A stretch of DNA of 64,000 nt from Giardia intestinalis. Taxonomy: Eukaryota. This document shows, piece after piece, positions 28,341 through 38,879 of this stretch; the first letter of the stretch is position 1, and the number at the start of each line of letters is the position of its first letter. A program made the translations under genes and the position numbers. The notes under the pieces are model-generated. The model was not told the origin of the DNA. It ran no database searches and was given only the letters and a program-made list of their open reading frames with translations. Where the stretch lies: NCBI GenBank assembly GCA_000002435.2, contig CM018793.1; one strand, 5' to 3'.

Positions 28341-30743
28341 ATGAGTCCTAAATCTGGAAAAGAAGTGAAGAATTTATGCATAACCCTCCCTACGACTACT
28401 ACGTTGCTTGGCGACGAAATAAAGAGCATCTCTGATAATGTCGTTGTGCAGGAGACTGCCCTTCGTTTTCTAGACTCCGCATCTGTCTCCCCTACCGCAA
28501 AAAGCATACAATCTGCCTCTTCATTTTTCCGTGACGCAATGACGTGCGACCCCAAAAGCGTGCAATCCTCTCGGCGCAAGGGGGATTATGAAATAAAGTT
28601 TGTTGTTGGTGCTGAGAAGGATCCGCACAAGGACCAGCTAGCCGCCCTATCTCGAGGTCAAGAAGCAGAGGATGCTAAACGACGAAAAATTAAGCGCTCT
28701 GTACGCGTAGAACAACCAGTGGACAAATTCAATGTCACAACTACTCCATTCTTTAAAGCATACTATAAAATCGGCGCCCAGTCCGGTGTAGAGCGCATTA
28801 GTGCGGATACTGTGAGTCTTCCCCCTATAACCAGCAAGATACAAGTCATTGAGAAGTTCACGGAGCAATCAACTGCACATTCAGGTAGCCAAAAGTCCTT
28901 GACATTGTACCCTGGGAAGGCTCCTACATCTGTTCCAGATCTCAAACATGGCCGCATATCCGGCATACTGCTAGCCTCAGCAGCTTTCCAGTCTTACAAT
29001 TATGAGACAGAAGACGTCGAAAAAGCAACAGATTCTCCATCCCAGAAGGTGGACGCAATTGCTGCATATGTGCCTAGTGCTACAATTAACGATATCCGGG
29101 AAATGAAGCGGATATACACACAGCTGGAAGAGCTCTCGGATGGCAGTGGATATACGTACTGTGTAGGTGGACTTAGCTTCCATGAGATAATGATACGCAT
29201 TATAGCGCCAAGGAAGTCACGGATTCTCCAAGACGAGCTCTATACCTTTAAGAAAGGAGTTCCCTTCAATCCCGTTCGCCGGAAAATAATAGCACTGTGC
29301 CAGCAAATTGCTTTCGAGCGTGGCGTCAAGGCCAGAGAACTCCTCTTTGACAATAAAGTTAGAATCTATCCAAAGTCCTTTGATGATGTCTGGCCCTTGG
29401 GGGTTGCAGAGCTCATAGCCATAACCGGTATTTCTGGAAAGTATTCATCCATAGAGCACGTCAACCTGCCTGTAGGATATGGGTCTGATTGCTCCACCAA
29501 GTCATCTACGCAAGCTTCTGGAACTAACCAGAACTCTTCTCGGCGTGGCCAGACTAGTCAACTCACCTCTCAAAGACAGACATCTCTAAACCAGCAGACC
29601 ACCCAGGCAACGGGCTCCAGAAACATAAAGAAGGACCCCACCTTTCCACCAATGGAGCTCATCTACTCTATTCAGGATCAGCTTCTTAAATACTTAGAGT
29701 CACTCTTTCTGCGCAGTGTCCTAGAGCTTATTGAAGCCTTAAAAGATTGCGGCACTCTTACCAACAACGACCCAGTGCATGTCAAGTTATTGGACATCTA
29801 TACTAAACACTGTTTCAATAAGCCCCCTTCACCGGTTACAGATCCAGATGGAATTGAATGGGTCTCCTGCCACATAACAGAGCGGGTAGCTGGTGGTCCA
29901 TCATTTAGTGATATCTATCGCTATCTAGAGGGCTTTATTATGGTAGCTAACTGGAGCACCCTGCATAGCGGTGTAGCCCTAGACTCTGATGAGCGCTCCA
30001 TGCTCTGCACAAAGATCATCTCACCAATTACAGCTGCCCTAAGTTTATGCATTTCTCGCTTCTTTCTCCACGTCTACGTCGAGCCGCTTGTGTCTGTGAT
30101 GACAGAAGCCGATATAAAGAGCCAGATCCGCGAAGCTACTCTTTCTAAAGAAAGCGCCACTGTGGACGATCTTATCCTCGATCTTCTCCGCCGCGAAGGA
30201 AAGGCTCTGACAGAGCTAGAACATTCAAAGTACAAAAATCGCTACTATCGCCCGTTCATGAAGAGAATCTATGCACAGAGGGAGGAGGCAATTGCAACTA
30301 GTTACACGAAGGAACAAATACACAGCATTCATACCCTGATCAAGAAACTCCGAGATGTAAGTGTTTTACCGGATATAGTCACAGAGTCAGGTGCTCGAGA
30401 GCTCATAGAGTACGTCAGTAGCATAATGCTCAACATGGATATGAGCACCCTCTCGACAAGCCTCTTTCGTGTGCTCAGGGGGAAGTTCTTAACGAAGTAC
30501 AAGTCCACTTGCGCAATTCCGACGCCCTTAATTCTACGAAAGCATCTTGCATATCATGTTCACATTTGCATTTTGGCGGCCAAGGTTGCTGCCATAAAGG
30601 TTATTGAGGAGATCTATCCTCTACATGTACACACCCATGTAGGCAGAGTATTCGAATATGACGCCTTAACACAGATTGACCTTATCATAGATTCCACAGG
30701 CGTTCTCACAAGTAGCCTAAATAAGTTTATAAGCAGCACATAG
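28341..30743 (+). CDS. Hypothetical protein (800 aa). No recognisable domain.
   Basis: A long ORF whose codon usage is consistent with its neighbours. Confidence 0.7.
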   Translation: MSPKSGKEVKNLCITLPTTTTLLGDEIKSISDNVVVQETALRFLDSASVSPTAKSIQSASSFFRDAMTCDPKSVQSSRRKGDYEIKFVVGAEKDPHKDQLAALSRGQEAEDAKRRKIKRSVRVEQPVDKFNVTTTPFFKAYYKIGAQSGVERISADTVSLPPITSKIQVIEKFTEQSTAHSGSQKSLTLYPGKAPTSVPDLKHGRISGILLASAAFQSYNYETEDVEKATDSPSQKVDAIAAYVPSATINDIREMKRIYTQLEELSDGSGYTYCVGGLSFHEIMIRIIAPRKSRILQDELYTFKKGVPFNPVRRKIIALCQQIAFERGVKARELLFDNKVRIYPKSFDDVWPLGVAELIAITGISGKYSSIEHVNLPVGYGSDCSTKSSTQASGTNQNSSRRGQTSQLTSQRQTSLNQQTTQATGSRNIKKDPTFPPMELIYSIQDQLLKYLESLFLRSVLELIEALKDCGTLTNNDPVHVKLLDIYTKHCFNKPPSPVTDPDGIEWVSCHITERVAGGPSFSDIYRYLEGFIMVANWSTLHSGVALDSDERSMLCTKIISPITAALSLCISRFFLHVYVEPLVSVMTEADIKSQIREATLSKESATVDDLILDLLRREGKALTELEHSKYKNRYYRPFMKRIYAQREEAIATSYTKEQIHSIHTLIKKLRDVSVLPDIVTESGARELIEYVSSIMLNMDMSTLSTSLFRVLRGKFLTKYKSTCAIPTPLILRKHLAYHVHICILAAKVAAIKVIEEIYPLHVHTHVGRVFEYDALTQIDLIIDSTGVLTSSLNKFISST

Positions 30744-30817
30744 CTCTAGTATCAAGAAGAAAGCTATTTACATATATGATTGATTCCTAAAGCTCTGAAA
30801 AAGAAGCCCATAACACC

Positions 30818-31360
30818 TTAAAACATCGTGTCCTGGTCACGCAAGAATTCCCCTACGTCTGCCTGGTGAATGACAATTTTACTGGCAGGATCAGAGTTCA
30901 GTGCTTCGTTCCCAGATTTTGTCGTGACTCCGAACCCAACGGGTTGATCATCGGCGCTGACAATTACTACGCCAGCGTTGTCTGGAATTCCTTCACTCAT
31001 GTGCGTGATGTGGGACTTCATCACATCATTTTTATAAAGAAATGACAGCTCAGAAGCGGGTGTTATGCGAATCCTATAGGGTGCAAAGACCGCTAGTAGG
31101 GGAAGTGCCGTGATCTTAATGTGAAACTTCTTATGGTGTGTGAATTTTCCGATAAGCAGGCCAGAGCCAATGAGCTGCTTTCGGGGGATGTTCGAAGCCA
31201 TTTTCTCGAGCTGCTGTGACATGTAATAAACTCGATCTTTCAGAACTCTGAACACGTACTTTCCGTCATTTCTGTCAATGAGTTTCTCGACGTTCTTTCC
31301 TATGTACTTAGCCAGCTTGCCAAAGACGGTTTCCACCTCCTCTGGCTTCAGCTCACGCAT
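30818..31360 (-). CDS. NIP7: 60S ribosome biogenesis protein NIP7 (PUA domain). The start is at the internal Met 'MRELKPEEV', not the longest ORF.
   Basis: 'MRELKPEEVETVFGKLAKYIGKNVEKLI...KYVFRVLKDRVYYMS' and the C-terminal PUA region 'GVVIVSADDQPVGFGVTTKS' match NIP7. The A/T-rich 'ttttaattcaattgttaatc' lies directly upstream of the ATG at 31360, and the 51 codons further upstream look unlike NIP7. Confidence 0.8.
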   Translation of the reverse strand: MRELKPEEVETVFGKLAKYIGKNVEKLIDRNDGKYVFRVLKDRVYYMSQQLEKMASNIPRKQLIGSGLLIGKFTHHKKFHIKITALPLLAVFAPYRIRITPASELSFLYKNDVMKSHITHMSEGIPDNAGVVIVSADDQPVGFGVTTKSGNEALNSDPASKIVIHQADVGEFLRDQDTMF

Positions 31361-31532
31361 TTTTAATTCAATTGTTAATCTTGATTTACTGGATCTGCTG
31401 GAGGCCACGAAACCATAAGTCTGAGCCTTCCAAGCATCACCGGTAATATGTAATGATTTTGAAAGGTATATGCACCATGCATAAATGGTTGTGAGAGGAT
31501 GCCTACATCTCATCTGCAGATCGAAGCAAGTT

Positions 31533-31769
31533 CTATTCCTTCTGCTGGCTATATGGATCCGCTGTCATGAAAAGGATATGGTTGCTACGAATGAGCATCT
31601 CGTTAAGGAAGCTCTTTTGAGTGCCGGATGTATAGGTGCAATCTACAAGCAAGACGTTGCAGCGGTCGTCAATGCTTATCGTGAGCCCGCGAGCAGTCGC
31701 ACCATTGTCTAAACGCACTAGCACATGGGTGGAAATAAGGCTTTGAACGTATTTGTGCACCTCACTCAT
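31533..31769 (-). CDS. Sm-like (LSm/Sm) small nuclear ribonucleoprotein (78 aa).
   Basis: Sm1 motif 'VLVRLDNGATARGLTISIDDRCNVLLVDC'. The A/T-rich start is only 8 bp downstream of the stop codon of the preceding MutS gene. Confidence 0.7.
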   Translation of the reverse strand: MSEVHKYVQSLISTHVLVRLDNGATARGLTISIDDRCNVLLVDCTYTSGTQKSFLNEMLIRSNHILFMTADPYSQQKE

Positions 31770-31777
31770 TTTTTCAT

Positions 31778-34669
31778 TCAGGTTGCTTCACCAGCGATAC
31801 GAAGCTCTTTCAAAGCGCGATTGTGAGCCATTCTTAGCTGCTCTCTAGTCAAGACTCCCTTTTGATAGCCAACTAGGCTTCCTGTCAACTCCATAAGAAC
31901 ACCCATGTAATCCTTGTCAACAGCGCAATCTCTGAATGTATGCTTTGGAGTAAGATTGATGATGGTCCGAGCATCATCCAAGATGTTTTGGGGAATTCCC
32001 ATGCTGCTAGCGACATCAAGGCCATAGGTGGACTCTATGATGCCGTCATTCATGCGATAAAGCAGCCTCAGCTGATTATTGACCATTTTAGACAGCATGT
32101 GCACAGGTTTTACAGCACTGACCCCTGCAAAACTGGCTGGTAGCTCAACTATGTGTGTGGAAAGAAGGGCCAAACAGTTCGGCTGCTGTACAAGGGTCTC
32201 CACTATGCCTCTAGATATTCCGAAGCCCTCTGCGGTAGAAGTGCCCCTTCCCAGCTCATCTATTAGGACCAGCGATGCATCGTTCAAAGAGGACAGGATG
32301 TGACTCATGCTTACCATTTCGTACATAAAAGTGGAGTACCCCTTACTCAAACAGTCTCCAGTACCCAGTCTAATAGAGAGACGCTTCTGGATAGGAATGT
32401 ATGCGGCCTCACAAGGGACAAAGCAGCCAATCTGTGCTAGTACAATACAATATCCGATAGAGCGAAGCAGCGTTGTCTTCCCTCCGGCATTGGGACCAGT
32501 GAGGAGTAGTATTCGTGAGCTGAAGTCAATGGTGTTACTCACCGTGGACTGTGTTCCAATTGTGCTCATCAAGACAGGGTTTTTGCATTCAATTAAGCGC
32601 AACGAGCCAGCCTCAGATATCTTTGGTCGAGCCCACTTCCACACCATTGTATTATCTGTCTCTCCAAGAGTACCTGCAGAAACATATGAAAAAGATGCTA
32701 GGCAATCTATTTCAGCCAACAACACTCCAATTCTATCTAACACTTGACTAAATGGAGCGAACTTTTGGACAATTTCCGGTTCCATCTCCTTCTGTAGCAA
32801 GAAGTATGCATTATATGCATCCATTCTTTGGAGAGAGTAGTTCTTGAGCCCCTCTGTAGTAAACTTAACATAGTTAGCCTTGTTCTCTAGCACTATGACG
32901 TTGGAACAACTTGAGATGCGCGCATACGAGCTCTTTGGTGCCCTAATAACGTATCCTTGAGACGGAATGAAAATCAACCTACACCCCTTAACGCTCTCTG
33001 CAATATCTAGGTAGTCTCTTTGTATAGATGCATTGTTAGTATCTAGATCTCTCCGCAAGGCGTCTAGTTCTTCGCTGTACCCAGGGCAAAGATATATCTC
33101 TTCAGGATCTGCAAAGAGGGTGTCTACATTCTTTGAGAGATACGGAGACTCGAGATCGAATGTCTTCTCAATGAGCTGGGAAAAATCTAGTATCTCTATT
33201 TGGAGCTCTTGAAGCTTTGTGGCTAATGCAACCACAGACGTCTCTGTTGAGTTGGAGTTAGCATCGCTGGAGTCGCAGAAGATATCGATGATGAGCCCGT
33301 AAGTGTCACGCATGAATACGTAGACATCAAGAAGTTGCGAGAAAATGGTAGAAGACTGATGTGCTCTTGCATAAGCACGTAGAAGGAAGGCGGTTCTTGA
33401 AAATGAGGGGCATGATCGAAGTGTCCGCCGGACAGATGCATGAAGCGGTCCGCTCAGATGCTCTCCTGAAAGATACTGAACAATATCGTGCCTATATGAA
33501 ATGACAGCAAGATCAGTAGTGGGGGCGCGCAGCCATCTGAGTAGCTGCAGGGCTCCGTGTTGCGTGACTGTTTTGTTTAAAAGATTGTAGAGTGTCTTGC
33601 GCGTAGTGGATTGATAGTCTACTATTTTAAGAGAGTTCATATCTGCCATTGTGTAGAGCATGGTCGATGAAAAGATGGGCACCTCAAAAAGGAAAGTACC
33701 GACAGAAGAGGATGCATCAACAGAATCTTGGGAGTGTTGAGATTGCTCAGAGAGACTTTCTAAATTAACGTGCTCCAAAAGAGAAATAAGGCACGCCACA
33801 AGAACTTGGTTTCCTTGAACTGGAGCATGCTTTGCATTTAAAAAGGGGATCCTCGTGACAAGGCCGGCACCGCGTGACTGTGCCAGAAGAGAAGCATAAA
33901 CCTCATACGCTTCCATAAGAAGTAGCCGCCTTATGCGAACATGGGCTGCATCATAGTCAAAGCCTAGAGATCGCTTGAATGTTTCGGTTGCAACCGCATA
34001 TACCAAACCTTGTTCCACTAAGATGCCTTCTAGTGTCTTATTTTCAACAATAGCTGCCTCCCTGACACTTAGCTGGCAGATCTGCGCTGAAAGATTGGAC
34101 AGTTGAGGCGTGTCAGTGAGAATACAGCCTCCTATGGTTGTTTGACAGTCAGTGTATACAATATACACATTAACGACTTCTGTAGAAGCCACACTCGACC
34201 GTGAGCCGCTTATGGCACTGCTGGGAGCATCACTGAAGTGATCAACATAAATGAATGCGAAGACAGAGGTGTCATTAGATGCCAAAGAAGGGCATAGTTC
34301 ATAGAAGGCGTAAAGATTCCCCGGAGATCCTGAGCGTGTTCGTACAAAGCGCCCGTCGCTCCTTTCCTCAAAGAGGTCAAGCCCTCGCTTCAGCGAGAAA
34401 AACACTGCCCTCACAAGCCTTTCTACCTCTGTCTCACTAAATACTAAGATGGCAGTAGCCTCTGGTGTCTCAGTATCACAAATACCGTCGTCCTTCCAGT
34501 ACTGTACTGTCACCTGCATGAGTCTCCTCAATGCATCGACATCATCTCCAAGTACTAAGTATCCAGCTGAAGGCACTAGAAAGAGCTTGAACGAAGTTAA
34601 ATGTGCTGTATCTCGGAGAGCCTCCAAGAGCTCTCTGCGCAGAGATGGCGATGCCCACTGCTGCTCCAT
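31778..34669 (-). CDS. MSH2: MutS homolog DNA mismatch-repair ATPase, closest to MSH2.
   Basis: Walker A 'LLTGPNAGGKTTLLRSIG', then 'QIGCFVPCE', 'STFMYEM', and Walker B 'LIDELGRGTSTAEGFGI...LSTH' are near-identical to the MSH2 ATPase domain. The N-terminal half is divergent. Confidence 0.8.
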   Translation of the reverse strand: MEQQWASPSLRRELLEALRDTAHLTSFKLFLVPSAGYLVLGDDVDALRRLMQVTVQYWKDDGICDTETPEATAILVFSETEVERLVRAVFFSLKRGLDLFEERSDGRFVRTRSGSPGNLYAFYELCPSLASNDTSVFAFIYVDHFSDAPSSAISGSRSSVASTEVVNVYIVYTDCQTTIGGCILTDTPQLSNLSAQICQLSVREAAIVENKTLEGILVEQGLVYAVATETFKRSLGFDYDAAHVRIRRLLLMEAYEVYASLLAQSRGAGLVTRIPFLNAKHAPVQGNQVLVACLISLLEHVNLESLSEQSQHSQDSVDASSSVGTFLFEVPIFSSTMLYTMADMNSLKIVDYQSTTRKTLYNLLNKTVTQHGALQLLRWLRAPTTDLAVISYRHDIVQYLSGEHLSGPLHASVRRTLRSCPSFSRTAFLLRAYARAHQSSTIFSQLLDVYVFMRDTYGLIIDIFCDSSDANSNSTETSVVALATKLQELQIEILDFSQLIEKTFDLESPYLSKNVDTLFADPEEIYLCPGYSEELDALRRDLDTNNASIQRDYLDIAESVKGCRLIFIPSQGYVIRAPKSSYARISSCSNVIVLENKANYVKFTTEGLKNYSLQRMDAYNAYFLLQKEMEPEIVQKFAPFSQVLDRIGVLLAEIDCLASFSYVSAGTLGETDNTMVWKWARPKISEAGSLRLIECKNPVLMSTIGTQSTVSNTIDFSSRILLLTGPNAGGKTTLLRSIGYCIVLAQIGCFVPCEAAYIPIQKRLSIRLGTGDCLSKGYSTFMYEMVSMSHILSSLNDASLVLIDELGRGTSTAEGFGISRGIVETLVQQPNCLALLSTHIVELPASFAGVSAVKPVHMLSKMVNNQLRLLYRMNDGIIESTYGLDVASSMGIPQNILDDARTIINLTPKHTFRDCAVDKDYMGVLMELTGSLVGYQKGVLTREQLRMAHNRALKELRIAGEAT

Positions 34670-34757
34670 TTTGTTTTCTTCCCCTGAATGGAAAATTTAC
34701 ATGTGCACAGCTGACTGGGAGAGAGTCTATGCAGCTCAGTCTAATACAAGAGACACG

Positions 34758-35552
34758 CTAGTCATAGGCTGGCCTATATACTGCACTTCTAATGGACGCA
34801 CTGTTCATGTACTTCGGTCGCGTTTCCCGCTTTCTGACGTCATCGAGGCCTCCCTGCACGTCCCACATATCTGTGTATCTAGCCCAGTTGCTCACAGGAT
34901 CAGACTTTCTGAGCTTCTTCTCCTTGAGTGTATACTTACTAGTGCCAGAGTTAAACATGGCAGACTTGGCGGCAGGATCATAAGGGTCCGTCCCATCCGA
35001 TCGGTACCTTTGTGACATTTGTGTGCTCTGTCGATAAAACGGTTGGCCATATCCGCTACTCTGGCCCATGGGTCGTGCAGAGTTGGTTTTGCGGGAGAGG
35101 CGCATATTGCTGTAAGAGTCTCCACTGACTGGCCTCTGCTTGTAGTATCCACTTGATGGCTTACTATCCTCGTGAGGGTCGTAGTACTCATCATATTCAT
35201 TTATATCTTGCCGGTGCATTTTTCGTTGAGGAGCAGGAGCCGTCCGTGGCTGCTCCGGCATGTGCGCAGACACGTAACCTCTATCGTGAGTTAAAGGCTG
35301 CGGGTGCAACTCGTCCTGAGGCGAATCCTCCTCAGCCTCGGGACTATGTCTGCGCTGCTTTCTACGGCGGTGTCTAATGGGGGCTTCCTCGTGATCGTCT
35401 TCGTAGTCTTGTTCTGTGTCTCTCATTCCACTGGCCATACGACGCAGCAACTCGCCCTTCAGCTGCAGAAGAGTTTCCTCTGGAACTCCTTGATAGCCAA
35501 GGTCGGCGAGATACTCCTGTATGCGGTCTAAAGAGAGCTCCGACGAGTCCAT
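34758..35552 (-). CDS. Hypothetical low-complexity/disordered protein (264 aa), Arg/Asp/Tyr-rich.
   Basis: An ORF that shares a 67-bp A/T-rich divergent promoter region with ICMT. Confidence 0.55.
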   Translation of the reverse strand: MDSSELSLDRIQEYLADLGYQGVPEETLLQLKGELLRRMASGMRDTEQDYEDDHEEAPIRHRRRKQRRHSPEAEEDSPQDELHPQPLTHDRGYVSAHMPEQPRTAPAPQRKMHRQDINEYDEYYDPHEDSKPSSGYYKQRPVSGDSYSNMRLSRKTNSARPMGQSSGYGQPFYRQSTQMSQRYRSDGTDPYDPAAKSAMFNSGTSKYTLKEKKLRKSDPVSNWARYTDMWDVQGGLDDVRKRETRPKYMNSASIRSAVYRPAYD

Positions 35553-35619
35553 ATTTAGTGCGTACTAAATTTTGTTGTAGCGAAAACTCCGCGCTCTTAG
35601 TAAAAGTGAAAATGCAAAA

Positions 35620-36267
35620 ATGCAAAAAATATTGTATCTCCATTCTGCTGAAATGCTCGTGGAATCCATTCCCACTCTCAGAGTTTTCACACTAGCGGGA
35701 TCTCTTATCTTGTACCACGCTCTAGATTTTTCTCTCCACAATAGACACCATCCGCAGCCCATCAGCTTCGCTGCTTGCCTCTGTTCTACGGAGTATGTGG
35801 CAGCATTTGCATTCGCCCTCACAGAATACTATTTAGAATACTTCTTCTGCTCATGGAAGAGGTCTAAGCCACTAGTAACTATATGCTATGTGATCGGGTT
35901 AATTGGGATGGTTCTCGGTGATGGTCTGCGCAAGCTTGCTATGATGCAGAATGGAATTGGATTCACTCACAAGATAGCCACAACCCGTGAGAAAGACCAC
36001 CAACTAGTTGTCTCAGGGGTATACCGATTGACCAGACATCCCGGATACCTTGGCTGGTTCATTTGGGCCGTTTCCACCCAAGTGATGCTCGCCAATCCAC
36101 TATCAATTATAGTTTACATTTTCGTTTCCTGGAAGTTCTTCAGTGACAGAATTAGATACGAAGAAGAAACCCTCCTTGCCTTGTTCGGAGACGAGTACTT
36201 AGAGTATATGAAGCGCACGCGGTGTTACATACCGTTTGTCTCGAGACACGCAGCTACCGCCCACTGA
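35620..36267 (+). CDS. ICMT: Protein-S-isoprenylcysteine O-methyltransferase (ICMT/Ste14 family).
   Basis: The C-terminal signature is 'LVVSGVYRLTRHPGYLGWFIWAVSTQ...FFSDRIRYEEETLLALFGDEYLEYMKRTRCYIPFV'. Multiple TM helices are present. Confidence 0.85.
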   Translation: MQKILYLHSAEMLVESIPTLRVFTLAGSLILYHALDFSLHNRHHPQPISFAACLCSTEYVAAFAFALTEYYLEYFFCSWKRSKPLVTICYVIGLIGMVLGDGLRKLAMMQNGIGFTHKIATTREKDHQLVVSGVYRLTRHPGYLGWFIWAVSTQVMLANPLSIIVYIFVSWKFFSDRIRYEEETLLALFGDEYLEYMKRTRCYIPFVSRHAATAH

Positions 36268-38797
36268 CTTTCTTACGCCGGACCTTAAGTGTTATGGCCA
36301 CCACCAAGGTCGAGAGTTGCCGCTGGTCCACAACAAGGAAAGAGCGTGAGCTGCTATCGTATTTTAGCATAGACTCTATAATGCTCTGGGCCAGCTCATT
36401 TGGCATGTTGTCGGGCCCGTCAACCTTAATGAGACTACCGCTGAGCTCGTCAACCTTAACACATGAGTGATACGATTTACGTTCCGTATCTCTAAACACA
36501 AGAAGCAGGTGTCCACGTTCCCGAGACACGTTATCCATGGCTAACATTCTCCTTTCGTAATTTGCAGTCCCTGGGAGAAGGTTGTGGAGAATGAGTTTCT
36601 GCACAAAACTGGAGTTGTCAAACTTCGCAGGGGGCAGGTACTCTATGAAGTGCGATTCCTGCTGAACCGCAGACTTCGTTGGCCTATTGGCAACCTTGTA
36701 GACGAGCTCTGTGCCCTCGGCCCCACCTTCTTTGACACCGCTATCGCTGTCCAAATAGCTTGCTACTCCAGAGTTGGCATGTACACTAAAGCTGTTACGC
36801 CTCCCAACGTAGCTTTTAGAAGAGCCGGACTCTCTGTCAGGATTCGTCGTGCTAGAGCTAACATGGGTGTCTTGGTATGAACCTTGATATGAGCTTCCTG
36901 CTGATGACTGCTTTTCTCGAGGCCGTGCGCTTCGTCTGTTGAGATGGACGCCACGTCTGTTGCTTCCTGGCGACCCAAGTATGCTGCTGGAACTTCTCGA
37001 ATGTACCAAATCGCTCTGTTCCGCTGCCTCCTCAAGCTCACGTTGCCGCATCTGTGCACGCCGCTCCTTGAATTGCTGCACGCGTTGATTCTGAGCCTCT
37101 AACAGCTTCTGATTCCGAGCTACCGATATCTGCTTATTAGGTGCATCATCGAACATAATTTCCAAGGCAACACCTGCCCCAGCTGCTTTAGTTACCAGAC
37201 CCGCCTCGTCTTCCTCTGCTGCGGTGGTCTCTGCTGCGTTGTGTAGTGCATTGTCTTGTGTGCACTCTACTTCTGCTTTAGAAATGTTTTTCGTAGTATT
37301 GTCTATTGTTTGTTTAATGGTCCCTAGGATCATAGAATCAAGTCCTGATGAGTTGATGCTGTTCTCACCCTGGGACATTTGCTTATCAGCTCTCCCTACA
37401 CATATCTCCTCCGTGTTGGCACATGCAATTTCGCCGTCGTTTGCTGCGTTGCTACCATAATTGTTGGCGAAGCTATGAGATCTCATCAGTGATGCACTCA
37501 GGTGAGAAGCCTGAACACAGTCGTCTGAGCCATTTTCTTGGATAACAAGTTCAAGTTCTGCGGCGTGCGATATTGCATGCGGACTCAAGGAGCCATTTAG
37601 CAAAGATTCTTGCATGTCACCTAATAGGGATGTGTTGCGAGACTTGCTGCGGGAACAGTACACCTCCGAGTATGATGCATCATCACACGGAAGGCCGTGT
37701 CCTGTTGAGTTGTCTTTTGGATTATCAACCACTTCTCTCGTGGGCCTTAGCTCGTCTGCATAAGATCCAGTAATATTAGTATTATCATCCTGACCGTCCA
37801 GCTCAAGATCATCTAGGTCCTCAACATTATCCAGGTATGCTGTGTAATTATGTGCACTTGTTCCTCGCTGTCGCCTCTGGTGTCCCTCGTCAGGGTATCC
37901 GCCAAGAAAGTCACTGGGTTTGCTTACGCTAGCATGTAGGCCAGTAGTGGGGTTGAGAAAGACAGGGTCTGTGGCTCCTTGACTAATTGCAATGTAAGAC
38001 TCTACACATTCCTCAGGACTGCTAGTTGAGTGGGGGACTAACTTATCAGATAATCTATCAGATGATATTTGAGAAGATGAGTTATGTGACGTGGTCTCTT
38101 CCTTGTCAAGAGACAGGCGCTTAGCGATAGATTGCATTGTATGGATACTGCGTGCGTTACAAGGTCCACTGAGTTCATGGGTGGTAAGCCCCGTAGAAAT
38201 ATCTCCATCAAATTTGGTAGATGAGGTCAGATCTTCAAGTTTTTTCCGCAAGATGGAATTTTCAATCTGGAGGGTGTCATGTGCCTCCTGAAGGGCTGTA
38301 AATTTGCTCAGAAGATCAGCAGTAATTACTTGTTCTGTCTCCAGCTGGCCAGTCTTTTCAACCAGCTGGCGTGTCTTCTCCTTGAGCTGTGCAGTGAGCT
38401 CCTCCAGTTCCTTCTGAAGACCGTCCATAATGGCCCTATTAGTCGCACAATGCGCTGTAAGCTCTTCGTTTTCTGCCGTTAAGACAGAGATTTGCTTGTC
38501 TCTCTCATCGAGTCGCTTTTTGAGATGTTCTTCCAGCCTCGTTGTATGCAGTGGTGTTTCCGTTTTACTTGTGACTCGGGGGAGATCGGGAAGAAAGGAC
38601 GGCGTCTTCGTGGCCTGCTGACCTGGTACAGCACTGTTCTGTCGCGTTGTAAACATTCCAACGGTGCCACTTAACTCTAGCTCGTCGTAATACGCACATT
38701 CTGTTGTTTTGTTATTGCTTGCTGCAGAACCTTGGTGGGTACTCACCGCCGCTTGCACCTGTGCCTTGAGCCCACGAGGCCGTACAACCCTGGCCAT
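36254..38797 (-). CDS. Hypothetical coiled-coil protein (847 aa). Its 3' end overlaps the ICMT 3' end by 14 bp (convergent).
   Basis: A long ORF with a central heptad-rich region ('LQKELEELTAQLKEKTRQLVEKTGQLETEQ'). Confidence 0.7.
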   Translation of the reverse strand: MARVVRPRGLKAQVQAAVSTHQGSAASNNKTTECAYYDELELSGTVGMFTTRQNSAVPGQQATKTPSFLPDLPRVTSKTETPLHTTRLEEHLKKRLDERDKQISVLTAENEELTAHCATNRAIMDGLQKELEELTAQLKEKTRQLVEKTGQLETEQVITADLLSKFTALQEAHDTLQIENSILRKKLEDLTSSTKFDGDISTGLTTHELSGPCNARSIHTMQSIAKRLSLDKEETTSHNSSSQISSDRLSDKLVPHSTSSPEECVESYIAISQGATDPVFLNPTTGLHASVSKPSDFLGGYPDEGHQRRQRGTSAHNYTAYLDNVEDLDDLELDGQDDNTNITGSYADELRPTREVVDNPKDNSTGHGLPCDDASYSEVYCSRSKSRNTSLLGDMQESLLNGSLSPHAISHAAELELVIQENGSDDCVQASHLSASLMRSHSFANNYGSNAANDGEIACANTEEICVGRADKQMSQGENSINSSGLDSMILGTIKQTIDNTTKNISKAEVECTQDNALHNAAETTAAEEDEAGLVTKAAGAGVALEIMFDDAPNKQISVARNQKLLEAQNQRVQQFKERRAQMRQRELEEAAEQSDLVHSRSSSSILGSPGSNRRGVHLNRRSARPREKQSSAGSSYQGSYQDTHVSSSTTNPDRESGSSKSYVGRRNSFSVHANSGVASYLDSDSGVKEGGAEGTELVYKVANRPTKSAVQQESHFIEYLPPAKFDNSSFVQKLILHNLLPGTANYERRMLAMDNVSRERGHLLLVFRDTERKSYHSCVKVDELSGSLIKVDGPDNMPNELAQSIIESMLKYDSSSRSFLVVDQRQLSTLVVAITLKVRRKKVSGR

Positions 38798-38879
38798 ATC
38801 TTACGAGATTTCTAAAAATTCGCTTCTTAAAATTGATATTGACTTACAAAGTATTAGAGTGGCAAGGACTAAAGTGGTA

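Noticed and set aside
31485..31712. Plus-strand 75-aa ORF spanning the NIP7 5' end and the Sm gene.
   Set aside because: It lies antisense to two recognisable conserved genes (NIP7 and Sm-like).
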